Source: a virus
Taxonomy: Duplodnaviria > Caudoviricetes
Length of the DNA stretch: 55,655 bases
Strand: one strand, 5' to 3'
Virus record (IMG/VR): IMGVR_UViG_3300001686_000006
Location: 1 to 55,655 of that record
The notes under the pieces were generated by a model. That model was not told where the DNA came from. It made no database searches and worked only from the letters and a program-made list of their open reading frames with translations. A program made the position numbers and the translations under genes. Positions 55,230 through 55,655 of this stretch are shown here, piece by piece (the stretch's first letter is position 1; each line of letters starts with the position of its first letter).

Positions 55230-55655
55230 ATGCGTACCATCAGCAAAACCATCGCTGCCATTGTCTCTATGGCCGCAATGATGATGGTCCTCCCGGCATT
55301 TGCCGCGGCGGACACCCCAATTTGCCACAACGGAATCCTCAGCGACGACGCGGGACAAGGTTGCGCAGACGGTCTCTACGCTCAGGTTTACGGATCCGGA
55401 GGCGGATCCAACGACGGAGCGATTTGCCATGACGGGATTCTGTCCAACGACGTCGGCCAGGGCTGCTCTGACAGTTTCAGAAGTACGAATCAGTCATCGT
55501 CAGCTAGCTCATCATCCTATAACGGTGGGAGCAGCAACTCGATGGTCAACCCCAACTGCGAAAGCGGGGGGAACTCTCAGATCGTCTCGGCCAACGGCCT
55601 ATACTGGGGTAAGTATCAATTCGATCGCGCTACCTGGATAGCCAATGGCGGCTCG
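55230..55655 (+). CDS. Secreted resuscitation-promoting-factor (Rpf)/transglycosylase-like protein, 3' truncated (not in the ORF track)
   Basis: Signal peptide MRTISKTIAAIVSMAAMMMVLPAFAAA; catalytic-region CESGGN..NGLYWGKYQFDRATWIANGG. Confidence 0.85.
   Translation, partial: MRTISKTIAAIVSMAAMMMVLPAFAAADTPICHNGILSDDAGQGCADGLYAQVYGSGGGSNDGAICHDGILSNDVGQGCSDSFRSTNQSSSASSSSYNGGSSNSMVNPNCESGGNSQIVSANGLYWGKYQFDRATWIANGGS

Overview
A 55.7-kb segment of a siphovirus (tailed dsDNA phage) genome, almost certainly infecting an actinobacterium. Gene order and protein families resemble, from recall rather than a search, the ReqiPepy6 / Arthrobacter AM-AU-AW / Gordonia DJ type. All credible genes are on the + strand. 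1-27.7 kb: fibre/decoration genes, terminase, portal, a protease-major capsid fusion, head-tail genes, two tail-tube paralogues, tape measure and tail tip. 27.8-42.9 kb: an accessory array of small cassettes driven by 21 copies of a fixed-spacing motif TCGCG-N14-TRTART, many closed by related terminators. 42.9-55.7 kb: replication genes (a 1275-aa helicase-primase-polymerase fusion, SSB), small genes and a truncated secreted Rpf-like gene. Highlights: (1) a candidate virion-cargo system: H(F/H)G(V/I)KGMxWG-tagged proteins carrying a 2H phosphoesterase and a papain-fold toxin with an adjacent immunity-like gene, plus a recurring hydrophobic-x-His motif at domain boundaries of head proteins that may be the prohead protease site; (2) five cassettes that encode structured small RNAs instead of proteins, with closing stems starting directly after the TATAAT box; (3) several large, heavily base-paired non-coding regions of 90-670 nt. 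All calls come from manual motif reading; no database search or folding program was run.
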